This document shows, one piece after another, positions 1 through 10,514 of a stretch of DNA of 37,361 nucleotides. Below the pieces are notes generated by a model. The model was given only the letters and a program-made list of their open reading frames with translations. It made no database searches and was not told where the DNA came from. Numbering within the stretch: the stretch's first letter is position 1; each line of letters opens with the position of its first letter. Where the stretch lies: the sequence record DRR723986_4095; one strand, written 5' to 3'. The position numbers and the translations under genes were made by a program.

Positions 1-963
1 GCAAGCTGGGGTGAAGATATTAGGCGTCCGGACTTTAACGACCTATCGACATCAGTTGTGTTTCCGACAGGGCCTAATAATGCCGTGTCGATCGGTAACC
101 CGGGTTTGCAACCTGAAACTGTGACGTCATACGATGTATCAGTTGATTGGTATTTTGCGCCTGCATCACTGTTGAGCGTTGGTTTCTTCCATAAAGAACG
201 TTCAAATCTATTCGTTACTCAATTGGAAGATGTTCCGGTTGATGGAAATGGTTTCCGCGATATTACTGACCCTTGCGAAGGTGGTGGTATCTTTAACCCA
301 ATTCCTGATCGTAACGTTCTATCTGATCAGCCTGGAAATGGTTTGTGTGTTCCCATTCAAACAATTGTTAATGACACCGGGAAAACCACACAAACAGGTT
401 TCGAGTTTTCCTTCCAGTACAGTTTAGCGCAGTGGGAAGATGAGCTTGGTGACTTTGCTTGGGCGTCGGGCTTCGGTATCATCGCTAACTATACTATTCA
501 GGACTTTGATGGCGGTACAGCGACTGATAGCTCTGCAACTCGTGGAACGGACATCTTTAACGCGATAAACGGTATTTATAACGATGCCAACTTTGTACCG
601 GTTACTGCTGTGCAAGGCCTTCTTGATCTGTCTGAAAACGCCTACAACATTACTCTGTTTTATGAGAAGTATGGTATTTCAGCCAGAGCACGCTATACGT
701 GGCGTGACGCATTCCGTACAGATGATACGGCAGCTGGTGCCTCTCGCAACAGTACGTTAGGCTTCCCGGTTACTACAGCGAGCAGGGGGCAGCTTAATGC
801 CAGCATTAACTACGCGGTGACTGAGCAACTTAGCGTTGGTATTGACGCTATTAATCTCACCAAGTCTAACATCGAGCAATTTTGTGGAAATGATGGCGCG
901 CTATTGTGCTTCCAAGGATTGCCGGATCGACGCATAACTTTTGGCGCAAGCTACAGGTTTTAG
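1..963 (+). CDS. TonB-dependent receptor, C-terminal part (5'-truncated by the window edge); probable alginate oligosaccharide transporter
   Basis: The frame is open from base 1 (ASWGEDIRRPDF...). It has the GNPGLQPE motif, amphipathic beta-strands and a terminal ITFGASYRF with C-terminal Phe. It lies directly upstream of the alginate genes. Confidence 0.92.
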   Translation, partial: ASWGEDIRRPDFNDLSTSVVFPTGPNNAVSIGNPGLQPETVTSYDVSVDWYFAPASLLSVGFFHKERSNLFVTQLEDVPVDGNGFRDITDPCEGGGIFNPIPDRNVLSDQPGNGLCVPIQTIVNDTGKTTQTGFEFSFQYSLAQWEDELGDFAWASGFGIIANYTIQDFDGGTATDSSATRGTDIFNAINGIYNDANFVPVTAVQGLLDLSENAYNITLFYEKYGISARARYTWRDAFRTDDTAAGASRNSTLGFPVTTASRGQLNASINYAVTEQLSVGIDAINLTKSNIEQFCGNDGALLCFQGLPDRRITFGASYRF

Positions 964-985
964 AGGGCTCTTCAGTCATTATGGC

Positions 986-1020
986 AAAGCACAGTGCTCA
1001 ATTGGGCGCTGTGCTTTATT
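986..1020 (+). terminator. Intrinsic terminator-like hairpin after the TonB receptor
   Basis: AAAGCACAGTGCTC-aatt-GGGCGCTGTGCTTT stem (with G-U pairs) followed by ATT, 22 nt after the stop codon. Confidence 0.65.
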
Positions 1021-1031
1021 CATTTGCCCCT

Positions 1032-1082
1032 AAAATTGGTTTGGACAATAGGGTGAGTTCGCCTACAATTGGTATAGATCAA
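1032..1082. promoter_or_regulatory. Candidate FadR-family operator half-sites upstream of the regulator
   Basis: AATTGGT at 1034-1040 and 1067-1073. The same heptamer recurs upstream of the PL6 gene. Confidence 0.55.
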
Positions 1083-1096
1083 AGCGTGGGGGTACC

Positions 1097-1843
1097 ATGG
1101 CCGATAAACGATTATATCACAAAGTAGCCAATCAATTGCTTGAGCTCATAGACTCGGGTGTTTTCCCGCCCGGAAGCCGGTTGCCGGGAGAGCGCGATCT
1201 TGCCGAAAAATTCGGTGTAAGCCGTGTTTCGATTCGCGAGGCAGAGATTGCATTGCAAGCGCAAGGCCGCCTGGAAATAAAGGTGGGATCCGGCGCTTAC
1301 ATTCTGGATGGAAGTGATCAACCGCTTAATGGTCTACCCAAAGTGGGACCATTTGAATTGACCGAAGCACGGGCACTTTTTGAAGCTGAGTCTGCGGCGC
1401 TTGCAGCGCCTATAATATCCGATGAGGCTATTGAAGAATTAGAAGGCTACATTGCGGTAATGTCAGGGAAAAAGACGGCGGATATGTCGCCTGAAGAAGC
1501 AGATGAAGCATTTCATATGACCATTGCGCGGGCTACTAACAATCCCGCCATTAATTTTGTGATTAGCAGCCTGTGGAAAATGCGAGCTGAAGCCTCACAG
1601 CTTCAAAAAGTATATCGCTCTGTTTGTGACAAAGACCACAGTCACCGCGAGCAAGAACATCAGGCCATACTTGATGCTCTAAAAAATAGAGATTCTTCCC
1701 AAGCGCGCACGGCGATGCGGGCCCACTTTACCCGTATGATCGAGGCTTTGTTGATCGCTTCGGAGGAAGAAGCCTATCAAGAAGTGAAACGGAAGTCGTC
1801 CGAAAGCCGGTCTCGGTTCCTTTTGTCAGCTCAGCTGGACTAA
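1097..1843 (+). CDS. GntR/FadR-family transcriptional regulator (probable alginate locus repressor)
   Basis: N-terminal wHTH (RLPGERDLAEKFGVSRVSIREA) and FCD domain (DEAFH...ATNN...EH...H). Confidence 0.95.
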   Translation: MADKRLYHKVANQLLELIDSGVFPPGSRLPGERDLAEKFGVSRVSIREAEIALQAQGRLEIKVGSGAYILDGSDQPLNGLPKVGPFELTEARALFEAESAALAAPIISDEAIEELEGYIAVMSGKKTADMSPEEADEAFHMTIARATNNPAINFVISSLWKMRAEASQLQKVYRSVCDKDHSHREQEHQAILDALKNRDSSQARTAMRAHFTRMIEALLIASEEEAYQEVKRKSSESRSRFLLSAQLD

Positions 1844-1870
1844 CTTGTAGCTTCTAATATTTATTTGCAT

Positions 1871-1930
1871 ACCAATTTCTAAAATTGGTCGACATAATTG
1901 GTTGACAATTTTGGTATTTTTGTCGATAAT
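1871..1930 (+). promoter_or_regulatory. Sigma70 promoter of the alginate operon with overlapping operator sites
   Basis: TTGACA (1902-1907), 17 nt, GATAAT (1925-1930). Perfect inverted repeat ACCAATTT-cta-AAATTGGT (1871-1889) and a further AATTGGT at 1896-1902 abutting the -35. Confidence 0.75.
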
Positions 1931-1979
1931 CATATCCGCTAGATCAACTGCTTTCGACAGCAGTGGGCGGGGGAGTGCA

Positions 1980-4244
1980 ATGTCGAAACAATTATCCATA
2001 ATCAGCGCATTTGGCGCTTCGTTTCTTATGTTTCTTGCATTCCATGGGTTTGCTGCGAGCGCTGATGAGATATTGGTTGAAAATCAGAATGCCTACAAAG
2101 AAGCCCTTAAAGACCTAGAGCCTGGCGACACCATTAAGCTTGCGGATGGAATTTGGACTGATTTTGAAATTCTTTTCACCGGGAGTGGTGCGGCAGACAA
2201 GCCAATAACCCTGACGGCACAAACAAAAGGTAAGGTAATTTTGTCCGGGCAATCCAACCTCCGTTTGGCTGGTAAGCATTTGGTAGTTTCAGGGTTGGTT
2301 TTTAAAAATGGGTTTACGCCAACCAGCGAGGTTGTTTCTTTCCGTCGTAACAATCAGGAATTAGCTAACAACTCTAGAGTCACGGAAATTGTAATCGACA
2401 ATTATAACCAACCGGAACGGTATGAAGTTGATTTCTGGGTAATGATGTACGGCAAGAATAACCGGTTTGATCACAATCATCTGGTTGGTAAACGCAACAA
2501 AGGCGTCACTATGGCGGTGCGCTTAAACACACTAGGCAGCCAGGAAAATCACCACCGGATCGATCATAATTACTTCGGGCCAAGGCCTATTTTAGGGTCA
2601 AACGGGGGCGAAACCCTGCGTATTGGTACGAGCCATTACTCGCGGACAAATTCCTTTACGATTGTCGAGAACAATTATTTTGATCGTTGTGATGGTGAGC
2701 TGGAAATAATTTCCAATAAGTCCGGTAGAAATATTTTTCGTAACAACACCTTTTACCAGTCGCGCGGCACGCTTACCATGCGGCACGGCAATGATAACCT
2801 CGTCGAAGGCAATGTGTTCTTTGGAAACGGCGCAGACCATACCGGCGGCATCCGCGTGATTAATGCCGGGCAAACCATTCGCAACAATTATATGGAAGGC
2901 TTGAAGGGCACGCGCTTTGGCGGCGCTTTTGTTGTCATGAACGGCGTTCCAAATTCACCTATCAACCGCTATGATCAGGTAAAGAACGCGGATATTTCCG
3001 GCAACACTATCGTTGACAGCGACAACATTCAGTTGGCGGCAGGCAGTGATTCTGAACGAAGCGCAGTCCCCGTTGATAGTCGTTTCGCAAGCAACTTGAT
3101 CTACAATGCTGACGGCCGCGATACGTTTACCATATACGACGACGTGTCGGGCATCGATTTTTCAGGAAATATTATCGGCCGTGCGCCGCCCCAAAGCCTG
3201 GCCCGTGGCTTTCGGGTGATGAATGTCAAAATGACGCGGGCGGACAACGGTCTTCTCTATGCTGACGATGATCAGTTGGAAAACGTTGGGGTTGCAAAAG
3301 ATTTGAAGCCGACTACTCGGGACATGACAGGTGTAAACTGGTTTCCGAAGCAGGAGCCGCTGATAGCCTTTTCTTCCGGAAAGACAATTGAAATTGAAGC
3401 TAAAGAGAATGCGCTTTTTAAAGCAGTTGAAGCCGCTGAAGCTGGCGATATTTTGGTTCTTCATTCTGGAAATTACGTTGTAAGCAAGTTTCTGAAACTG
3501 GACAAACCGTTAACCATCAAAGGTGAGGCGGATGTCAATTTAACTTTCGAGCGCTCTGCGCTATTTGAAATCCTCGATGGTGGTAGCCTGCAGCTTATCA
3601 ATCTCAATATCTCGGGTGTTGACGCCCCGGACAATGCGGGAAACTCGGTCATTCGCACCAGCCCTTACGCGATGTTGCAAAATTACCGTTTGGAAATTCT
3701 CGATACGAACTTCACTGATATGGATGTGAATCATTCTTTCAATGTCGTCACGGCAGCCAAGGGAACATTTGCAGATCATATTCTCGTTCAGAATTCAACC
3801 TTCAGAGACGTTACCGGCGCTGTGTTCAAGCTAGACAAAGAAAGCGATGACTTCGGTATATACAACGCTGAGTATCTCACGATTGAAAATTCACATTTTG
3901 AGAATATCCAGGGAGCATTGGTTGACTATTACCGCGGGGGTACAGACGAAAGCACTTTCGGCCCGCATTTTTTGCTCCAAGGTTCAACGCTCTCGAATGT
4001 GGGTGTTGGCAAGCGCAACAAATCCAATTCTTCCCTGCTGCTTCACGGCGTACAAGTGACGGACATGTCCGGGAATACATTCACTAACAGCAAGCCGTTC
4101 TTAATTAATCATACGGTTGGTGAGCCAAAAACACGGATAGTAAAGAATAAATTTATCGCAACGCCTGCGCCTTTAGTACGTGAATTAAATAGTGGCTTGG
4201 AGCCAACAGCGGTCCTTCAGGATAATGAAGGGTTAATTCCATAA
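1980..4244 (+). CDS. Polysaccharide lyase family 6 alginate lyase, two beta-helix domains, secreted
   Basis: PL6 motifs NGGETLRIGTSH, EIISNKS (catalytic Lys) and TLTMRHG (catalytic Arg), plus a second beta-helix ending DESTFGP. Signal peptide ends ASA. Start placed at ATG 1980 after GGGAG, because the ORF track's TTG at 1902 is the -35 box. Confidence 0.92.
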   Translation: MSKQLSIISAFGASFLMFLAFHGFAASADEILVENQNAYKEALKDLEPGDTIKLADGIWTDFEILFTGSGAADKPITLTAQTKGKVILSGQSNLRLAGKHLVVSGLVFKNGFTPTSEVVSFRRNNQELANNSRVTEIVIDNYNQPERYEVDFWVMMYGKNNRFDHNHLVGKRNKGVTMAVRLNTLGSQENHHRIDHNYFGPRPILGSNGGETLRIGTSHYSRTNSFTIVENNYFDRCDGELEIISNKSGRNIFRNNTFYQSRGTLTMRHGNDNLVEGNVFFGNGADHTGGIRVINAGQTIRNNYMEGLKGTRFGGAFVVMNGVPNSPINRYDQVKNADISGNTIVDSDNIQLAAGSDSERSAVPVDSRFASNLIYNADGRDTFTIYDDVSGIDFSGNIIGRAPPQSLARGFRVMNVKMTRADNGLLYADDDQLENVGVAKDLKPTTRDMTGVNWFPKQEPLIAFSSGKTIEIEAKENALFKAVEAAEAGDILVLHSGNYVVSKFLKLDKPLTIKGEADVNLTFERSALFEILDGGSLQLINLNISGVDAPDNAGNSVIRTSPYAMLQNYRLEILDTNFTDMDVNHSFNVVTAAKGTFADHILVQNSTFRDVTGAVFKLDKESDDFGIYNAEYLTIENSHFENIQGALVDYYRGGTDESTFGPHFLLQGSTLSNVGVGKRNKSNSSLLLHGVQVTDMSGNTFTNSKPFLINHTVGEPKTRIVKNKFIATPAPLVRELNSGLEPTAVLQDNEGLIP

Positions 4245-6430
4245 TGCGGGGCGTAGTCAACATAACCCTAGCAACTCTGTTGATGGTGTTTGCGGCGGCT
4301 TGCCAGGAATCCGGACAGGGTGATGCGACTATAAATGAAAGCCGCTCCTCCGGGTTTGATTTGACGCTCAAAGCCGCAGAAAAAAAGATAGTGGAGCATT
4401 TATTGCTCCCGCTAACTGTCCCAACGCCGAAGGATGCGGGGGGCGGATATACGCACGAAAAGCATAAAGAAAATGCGAAACTGATTTATGATGCGGGGCA
4501 GCTGTTCAAGCTGACCGGCGAGCGAAAATTTGCCGATTATGCGGGCAAATTGATGACTGCTTATGCTGATGTTTATCCGGGTTGGGGTTTGCACCCTGCG
4601 AAGAAAGAGCAATCACCGGGAAGAATGTTCTGGCAAAATCTGAATGAAAGTTGGTGGCTACTGCATGTGTCGCAAAGCTACGGTGCTGTAAAAGCTGTTT
4701 TATCTGAAGAGCAGCGCTCTAAAATCGAAACTGACTTGTTGAGGAACATGGCAGAGTTCCTGTCGGATGGGTCTCCCGAGACTTTTGATAAAATCCATAA
4801 TCATGGAACATGGGCCACGGCGGCCGTTGGTCTGACCGGGTATGCCATTGGCGATGATGACTATGTGCAGCAAGCATTGCTTGGGCTTGATAAGTCTGGT
4901 GATGCTGGTTTTCTGAAGCAAATGGAGAAGCTGTTTTCTCCAGACGGTTATTATAATGAAGGCCCCTATTACCAACGTTATGCGTTGATGCCCTTTGTTG
5001 TTTTCGCTCAGGCTGTGGAGCAAAATAATCCTGAACAGAAGATATTTGAGCGCCGCGACAGCATTTTGCAAAAAGCCATCTATACGACTATCCAGCAAAG
5101 CTATGGTGGTTTGTTTTTCCCGATAAATGATGCGATTAAAGACAAAGGAATTGCGACAACCGAACTTCTCCACGGTGTGGCAATTGCCTATGGCTTAACC
5201 GGTGATAGGGGCTTGCTTTCAATCGCCAAAGCGCAGAATAAATTTGTTCTTACGCCTGAAAGCCAAAAAGTTGCAGATGACTTGGCAGCAGGCAAGGCAG
5301 AACCGTTCGACTATAAAACCATGCGCTTGCGCGATGGAGAAAATGGCACAGAAGGCGCACTTGATATTATCAGGGCGTCAAGCGATCCGAACGATTTAAC
5401 GCTTGTCGTGAAAAATACCTCCCAGGGCCTTGGCCACGGGCATTTTGATAAACTTGGTTTTCTGCTTTATGACGCTGGTCATGAGATCATTCGAGATTAC
5501 GGCGCGGCGCGTTTTCTAAATGTCGAAGCAAAATATGGCGGACACTACCTCGCTGAAAATAATAGCTTTGCAAAGCAGACCATTGCCCACAATGCCCTCG
5601 TTGTAGACGAGACCAGCCATTTTGGCGGCCATACAGAAACGGGCAACAAACATGCACCAAAAGTCGGTGCGTTTACCAACAGCGAAGACTTGAAGATCAC
5701 AACGGCTGAAATAGACACTGCATACCCGGGCGTCTCTTTAGGCCGAATGATGGCAATGGTACGCGACGCCGCGTTCCCGCATCCGATTGTGATTGATTTG
5801 GTTAAGGCGCGCGCTGATATTCCGCACCAGTATGACCTACCATTTTACTATAATGGTCAACTTACAGAGGCGAATTTTGAACTGAAAGCCTATACAACGT
5901 CTCGTAAACCCCTTGGAGAAGGTAATGGGTACCAGTATCTGTGGGAAGTTGGTCGCGCCAAAGCGGTGAATGGACTCTCTCAGGTCACCTGGCTGTTGGA
6001 TCGCAGGTTTTATACGGTTACTTCTTCAGTTCCTCGGGGCACCGATATCATATTTGCCGAAATCGGCGCCAATGATCCCAACTTTAATTTGCGCCGTGAA
6101 CCCGCCTTTATTTTGAGGGCACTCTCAGATGAAGGCGTGTCTCTAGCTTCGGTTATAGAGCTGCACGGTGAGTATAACCCAATTGTAGAATTTACCATCA
6201 ATAGCCACCCGGAGGTGAAGTCTGTTCAGCACTTTGAGTTTGGCAAAGATGATTATGTCCAGATCCAATCCAAAGATGGCCAAATTGTAGGTTTGGCGAT
6301 TGCAGGCGATAGCGCCGCATCTATGGAGCATTCAATGAAGGTGGGCGAGGCGGAAATAACGTGGACCGGCCCGTATAAGCTGTTCCATTCCCAGAAACAC
6401 ATCGAAAGCGGGGCCAGTCATGCAAAGTGA
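4244..6430 (+). CDS. Polysaccharide lyase family 17 oligoalginate lyase (heparinase II/III-like C-terminal domain), predicted lipoprotein
   Basis: FWQNLNE, IHNHGTW, EGPYYQRYA, GHGHFDKL and DYGAARFLNVEAK motifs. Lipobox-like FAAAC. TAATG overlap with the PL6 gene. Confidence 0.92.
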   Translation: MRGVVNITLATLLMVFAAACQESGQGDATINESRSSGFDLTLKAAEKKIVEHLLLPLTVPTPKDAGGGYTHEKHKENAKLIYDAGQLFKLTGERKFADYAGKLMTAYADVYPGWGLHPAKKEQSPGRMFWQNLNESWWLLHVSQSYGAVKAVLSEEQRSKIETDLLRNMAEFLSDGSPETFDKIHNHGTWATAAVGLTGYAIGDDDYVQQALLGLDKSGDAGFLKQMEKLFSPDGYYNEGPYYQRYALMPFVVFAQAVEQNNPEQKIFERRDSILQKAIYTTIQQSYGGLFFPINDAIKDKGIATTELLHGVAIAYGLTGDRGLLSIAKAQNKFVLTPESQKVADDLAAGKAEPFDYKTMRLRDGENGTEGALDIIRASSDPNDLTLVVKNTSQGLGHGHFDKLGFLLYDAGHEIIRDYGAARFLNVEAKYGGHYLAENNSFAKQTIAHNALVVDETSHFGGHTETGNKHAPKVGAFTNSEDLKITTAEIDTAYPGVSLGRMMAMVRDAAFPHPIVIDLVKARADIPHQYDLPFYYNGQLTEANFELKAYTTSRKPLGEGNGYQYLWEVGRAKAVNGLSQVTWLLDRRFYTVTSSVPRGTDIIFAEIGANDPNFNLRREPAFILRALSDEGVSLASVIELHGEYNPIVEFTINSHPEVKSVQHFEFGKDDYVQIQSKDGQIVGLAIAGDSAASMEHSMKVGEAEITWTGPYKLFHSQKHIESGASHAK

Positions 6431-6779
6431 ACGTTTCCTATTTGGAAAAGACGTGCCGCTTGAAGACGTTGGTGGAGGCATTACGCGCCAAATTCTCGGG
6501 CACAATGATGAATTGATGTTGGTGAAGGCGATATTTAAAGAGGGCGCTGAGGGCTACCAACACAAACACTATCATTCCCAAGTCACCTATGTTGAAAGCG
6601 GGGTTTTTGACGTAACAATCGACGGTGTTACCAAACAACAATCTGCCGGTGACAGCTTTTTTATTCCGCCTAATGTTATGCACGGCGCCATTTGTTTGAA
6701 GGCTGGTGTTCTTATTGATGTCTTCTCACCTATCCGCGAGGATTTCTTCGAAAATTACGAAAAAGGGGATGTGTCGTGA
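6420..6779 (+). CDS. kdgF: KdgF cupin (linearisation of unsaturated uronate to DEH)
   Basis: RQILG, HKHYHSQVTYVESG, MHGAIC and DVFSPIREDF motifs; located after PL17. Confidence 0.9.
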   Translation: MQSERFLFGKDVPLEDVGGGITRQILGHNDELMLVKAIFKEGAEGYQHKHYHSQVTYVESGVFDVTIDGVTKQQSAGDSFFIPPNVMHGAICLKAGVLIDVFSPIREDFFENYEKGDVS

Positions 6780-8068
6780 AGAAGAACTTTCGCTGGGCAA
6801 TTGTTACGCTCGTCGCGCTCGCGACAGTCATTAATTACATTGATCGCGGTGCGTTAGGGTTCCTTTGGCCGGAAATCTCAAAAGATATCGGCTTAACTAA
6901 AACCGATTACGCAATTATTCTGAATGTGTTCACTTTCGCCTATGCGTTTGGTCAAACCTTGTTTGGCAAGATATTTGACTGGATTGGCACAAGGTTGGGT
7001 TTCGTGCTTTCTATCACCGTATGGTCTGCGGCCACAATGTTACATGCAGTTGCCACTGGACTGACAAGCTTTGCAATTTTCAGAGGGTTACTGGGCGTTG
7101 CTGAGGCTGGAAACTGGCCTGGTGCAACCAAAGCAAATGCTGAGTGGTTTCCAATTAAAGAGCGCGCGCTTGCACAGGGTATTTTTAATTCTGGTGCAGC
7201 CATTGGCGGCATCGTTTCGGCGCCGATCATTGCTTATTTGTTTGTTTTCTTTGGTAGCTGGCAGGCTACTTTTATCGCAGTCGGCATTATTGGCTTTTTG
7301 TGGCTCATTCCGTGGTTGATTTTGTACAAATCCGACCCAGAAACTCACCCGTGGTTATCGCCTGAAGAGCGCGACTACATCCTGTCTGGTCAGCGCAATC
7401 AGGAAACAAACGAAGTGGCCACTTATGCGCCGTCTTCTGGCGAAATTCTGTCCCGTAAAGAAAGCTGGGGCGTGATTATGGCATCTTTCTTCATCGATCC
7501 AATTTGGTGGCTTTTTGTTGGTTGGTTACCCTTATACCTTGCTGAAACATATGGTTTCGGTGTTGCGGAAATTGGCGTTTACGCTTGGATTCCATATGTG
7601 GGTGCAATGTTTGGTGCTTGGTTCGGCGGTTTATTGGCGCAAAACAGAATTAAAACTGGCTGGACTGTTAACAAAACACGCAAGTTTGTGATCGGTCTAG
7701 GCGGCGCCATCATGCTGGTGTCGCTTTTAATGACAACGAAAGCAGCAACGCCCTTAATTGCCGTGCTTTTGATGGCGGCCATCCTCTTTGGTTTCCAAAC
7801 AGCTATCGGAAATATTCAAACATTGCCAAGTGATTTTTACAGCGGCAAGTCAGTTGGTTCGCTCGCCGGATATGCTGGCACTGCTGCCAAGCTTGCCGTC
7901 GTTGGTCTAAACTTCTTAATCCCGATAATTACCGTCAACAGTTACGCTCCCGCATTCATTGTCGGTGCTGCTTTGGCGATCCTTTCTGTTCTCAGTGTTT
8001 GGGTCCTTTGCGGCCACATCCAACCTCTTAAACCTCGCCCTGGGAATGCACCAGAAGCCAATAAATAG
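6776..8068 (+). CDS. MFS hexuronate/DEH transporter (ExuT-like)
   Basis: INYIDR and EAGNWPGATKANAEWFPIKER motifs; about 12 hydrophobic segments. Confidence 0.9.
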   Translation: MKKNFRWAIVTLVALATVINYIDRGALGFLWPEISKDIGLTKTDYAIILNVFTFAYAFGQTLFGKIFDWIGTRLGFVLSITVWSAATMLHAVATGLTSFAIFRGLLGVAEAGNWPGATKANAEWFPIKERALAQGIFNSGAAIGGIVSAPIIAYLFVFFGSWQATFIAVGIIGFLWLIPWLILYKSDPETHPWLSPEERDYILSGQRNQETNEVATYAPSSGEILSRKESWGVIMASFFIDPIWWLFVGWLPLYLAETYGFGVAEIGVYAWIPYVGAMFGAWFGGLLAQNRIKTGWTVNKTRKFVIGLGGAIMLVSLLMTTKAATPLIAVLLMAAILFGFQTAIGNIQTLPSDFYSGKSVGSLAGYAGTAAKLAVVGLNFLIPIITVNSYAPAFIVGAALAILSVLSVWVLCGHIQPLKPRPGNAPEANK

Positions 8069-8082
8069 CTTAGGAATTTTTT

Positions 8083-8838
8083 ATGAATACTCTTAATGGA
8101 AAAGTAGCGATTGTAACCGGCGGGACCCGCGATATCGGTCGCTCTTGTTCAATGAAATTGGCGGAGCAAGGCGCAAAAGTTGTTGTGAATTTTCACAGCA
8201 ATAAAAAAGCTGGTGAAGATACAGTTGCAGCAATAGAAAAAGCCGGCGGAACAGCCATTCTGGTCAAAGGTGACATGACCAAGAAAGCTGATGTTGATAA
8301 TTTGGTGACGGAAACCCGGAAGGCATTTGGCGACGAAATTCATATCTTGGTCAACAATGTCGGGGGGCTTGTTGCAAGAAAAAAATTGGCTGAGATGGAT
8401 GAGGAATTTTTCAACCATGTGATGTCGTTGAACATGAATTCTACCTTTTTGGCGACTCAAGCGGTCGTGCCTCATATGCCTCAAGGCGGCTCTATCATTA
8501 ATTTGGCCTCCCTTGCTGGCCGTGACGGCGGTGGTGGCGGTGCTTCTGCTTATGCTACTTCGAAGGGTGCGGTGGTTACCTTCACACGCTCCATGGCAAA
8601 AGAACTTGGGCCAGACGGCATTCGCGTCAATGCATTATGCCCGGGCATGATTGATACCACTTTCCATGACACCTTTACGCCGGATGCAGCACGCCGAGGT
8701 GTTGAAGCAACTGTGCCGCTTCGCCGACAAGGACACCCGGATGATTGCGCCGATACGGTTGTTTACCTGGCTTCCGACACATCTTCCTATATTACCGGCG
8801 CGAATATAGACATTAACGGCGGCATGGCCTTCTCGTGA
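8083..8838 (+). CDS. Short-chain dehydrogenase/reductase, probable DEH reductase (DEH to KDG)
   Basis: TGGTRDIG cofactor motif, NNVGG, catalytic YATSK; substrate inferred from context. Confidence 0.85.
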   Translation: MNTLNGKVAIVTGGTRDIGRSCSMKLAEQGAKVVVNFHSNKKAGEDTVAAIEKAGGTAILVKGDMTKKADVDNLVTETRKAFGDEIHILVNNVGGLVARKKLAEMDEEFFNHVMSLNMNSTFLATQAVVPHMPQGGSIINLASLAGRDGGGGGASAYATSKGAVVTFTRSMAKELGPDGIRVNALCPGMIDTTFHDTFTPDAARRGVEATVPLRRQGHPDDCADTVVYLASDTSSYITGANIDINGGMAFS

Positions 8839-8845
8839 GCCTTAA

Positions 8846-9481
8846 ATGACGGAACAATTATCAAATTTGTTATCGCGGGCACCGATTGTTCCATTGGTTC
8901 AATCCAACGACCGCGACGAAGCTGTGGCTATCGCAGAAGCTTTGCTCAGTGGGGGTATGCTGGTTCTTGAGGTTGTACTCAGAACTGACGCTGCCTACGA
9001 ATGCTTGCAGGCGATTTCTGAAGCGTTTCCAGAAGTGGAAGTGGGGGCGGGCACGGTTCTTTCCCAAGCACATGCTGAGAAGGCGATTGCGCACGGCGCA
9101 ACATTTATTGTTTCACCCGGACTGCATGAAAGTGTGGTGCGCGTTGCTCAAGGTAACGGTCTGCCGGTGTTGCCGGGGATTGCGACGGCGACCGAACTGC
9201 AACAAGCCTGGAATATGGGTTTACGTACCGTCAAATTTTTCCCGGCTGGCCTTTCAGGTGGCCCTAAAATGCTTAAAGCCTTGTCGTCAGTGTTCCGCGA
9301 CGTGAGTTTTATGCCAACGGGCGGGGTCAGTGCAGACAATTTGTCCGAATTTCTGGAAGTGTCATCTGTAATTGCTTGCGGTGGAAGTTGGCTCACGCCA
9401 GCAGACTCTGTTGCAGCTGGTGATTTCAAGTCGATCACCCAGCTTGCCAAAGACGCGCTAACAATAGCGCAGGGGAGATAA
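8846..9481 (+). CDS. eda: KDPG/KHG aldolase
   Basis: LEVVLRT, VGAGTVL, FIVSPG, KFFPA and FMPTGGV motifs. Confidence 0.95.
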   Translation: MTEQLSNLLSRAPIVPLVQSNDRDEAVAIAEALLSGGMLVLEVVLRTDAAYECLQAISEAFPEVEVGAGTVLSQAHAEKAIAHGATFIVSPGLHESVVRVAQGNGLPVLPGIATATELQQAWNMGLRTVKFFPAGLSGGPKMLKALSSVFRDVSFMPTGGVSADNLSEFLEVSSVIACGGSWLTPADSVAAGDFKSITQLAKDALTIAQGR

Positions 9482-9485
9482 AACT

Positions 9486-10514
9486 ATGTCAGATTTTATG
9501 AGTTTTGGTGAAATCATGCTGCGACTAAAGTCGCCAGGCCATGAACGCTTTTTCCAGTCCCCAAATCTAGAGGCAACATTTGGCGGGGGTGAAGCGAATG
9601 TTGCAGTATCCCTCGCTAATTACGGCCTTGATGCCGGGTTTATTTCAGCGCTTCCCGACAATGATATCGGCGAATCCGCCATCCGTGAATTGTGGAAATT
9701 CGGCGTCGACACATCGCATGTGGCGCGGCAGGGTGAGCGGGTAGGCATTTACTATTTGGAAACTGGTGCGAACCAGCGATCATCGAATGTAATATATGAC
9801 CGGGCTTGGTCGTCAGTCTGTATGGCCCAACCGGGAGATATTGATTTCGGTGCCGCCTTAAAAGGGGCAAAATGGTTCCATTTCACTGGAATAACACCGG
9901 CATTAAGCGAGTCTGCAGCCAAACTGACGATGGAAGCTCTAATCGCAGCGAAAGAAAACGGTGTCATTGTGTCCTGTGATTTTAATTTCCGCGGCAAGCT
10001 CTGGAAATACGGAAAATCAGCACCGGAAGTAATGAATGAGCTGGTAAAATATGTCGATGTCGGCATTGCCAACGAGGAAGATTGTCAAAAATCTCTCGGT
10101 GTAACGGCAGATGTCGATATCGAGAGCGGTGATCTGGATACAAAAAAATATGAAGCCTTGTCTTCCCGTATGATGGAGCTTTTCCCTAACCTTACTCAGA
10201 TGGCGATTACGCTGCGAGAAAGCAAAAGTGCAGACCATAATGGCTGGTCGGCTTGTATGCGCGATAAGGATGGGTTTTATCTGTCTCGCCACTATGAAAT
10301 GACCGATATTATTGATCGCGTTGGCGGTGGAGACAGCTTTGCATCAGCCTTGATATACGGCCTTAATGCTTACGATAAGCCGCAACAGTCGCTGGAGTTT
10401 GCCGTGGCGGCAAGTTGTTTGAAGCATACAATTTCTGGAGACTTTAACCGGGTCAGCGTGCCTCAGGTCGAGAAACTGATGTCTGGTGACGGTTCTGGAC
10501 GGGTCCAGCGCTAG
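9486..10514 (+). CDS. kdgK: 2-keto-3-deoxygluconate kinase (PfkB family)
   Basis: [25 protein letters not shown] and DRVGGGDSF motifs. Confidence 0.92.
   Translation: MSDFMSFGEIMLRLKSPGHERFFQSPNLEATFGGGEANVAVSLANYGLDAGFISALPDNDIGESAIRELWKFGVDTSHVARQGERVGIYYLETGANQRSSNVIYDRAWSSVCMAQPGDIDFGAALKGAKWFHFTGITPALSESAAKLTMEALIAAKENGVIVSCDFNFRGKLWKYGKSAPEVMNELVKYVDVGIANEEDCQKSLGVTADVDIESGDLDTKKYEALSSRMMELFPNLTQMAITLRESKSADHNGWSACMRDKDGFYLSRHYEMTDIIDRVGGGDSFASALIYGLNAYDKPQQSLEFAVAASCLKHTISGDFNRVSVPQVEKLMSGDGSGRVQR

Noticed and set aside
1902..1979. N-terminal extension of PL6 from TTG 1902
   Set aside because: The TTG is part of the TTGACA -35 box. The RBS and signal peptide support ATG 1980.
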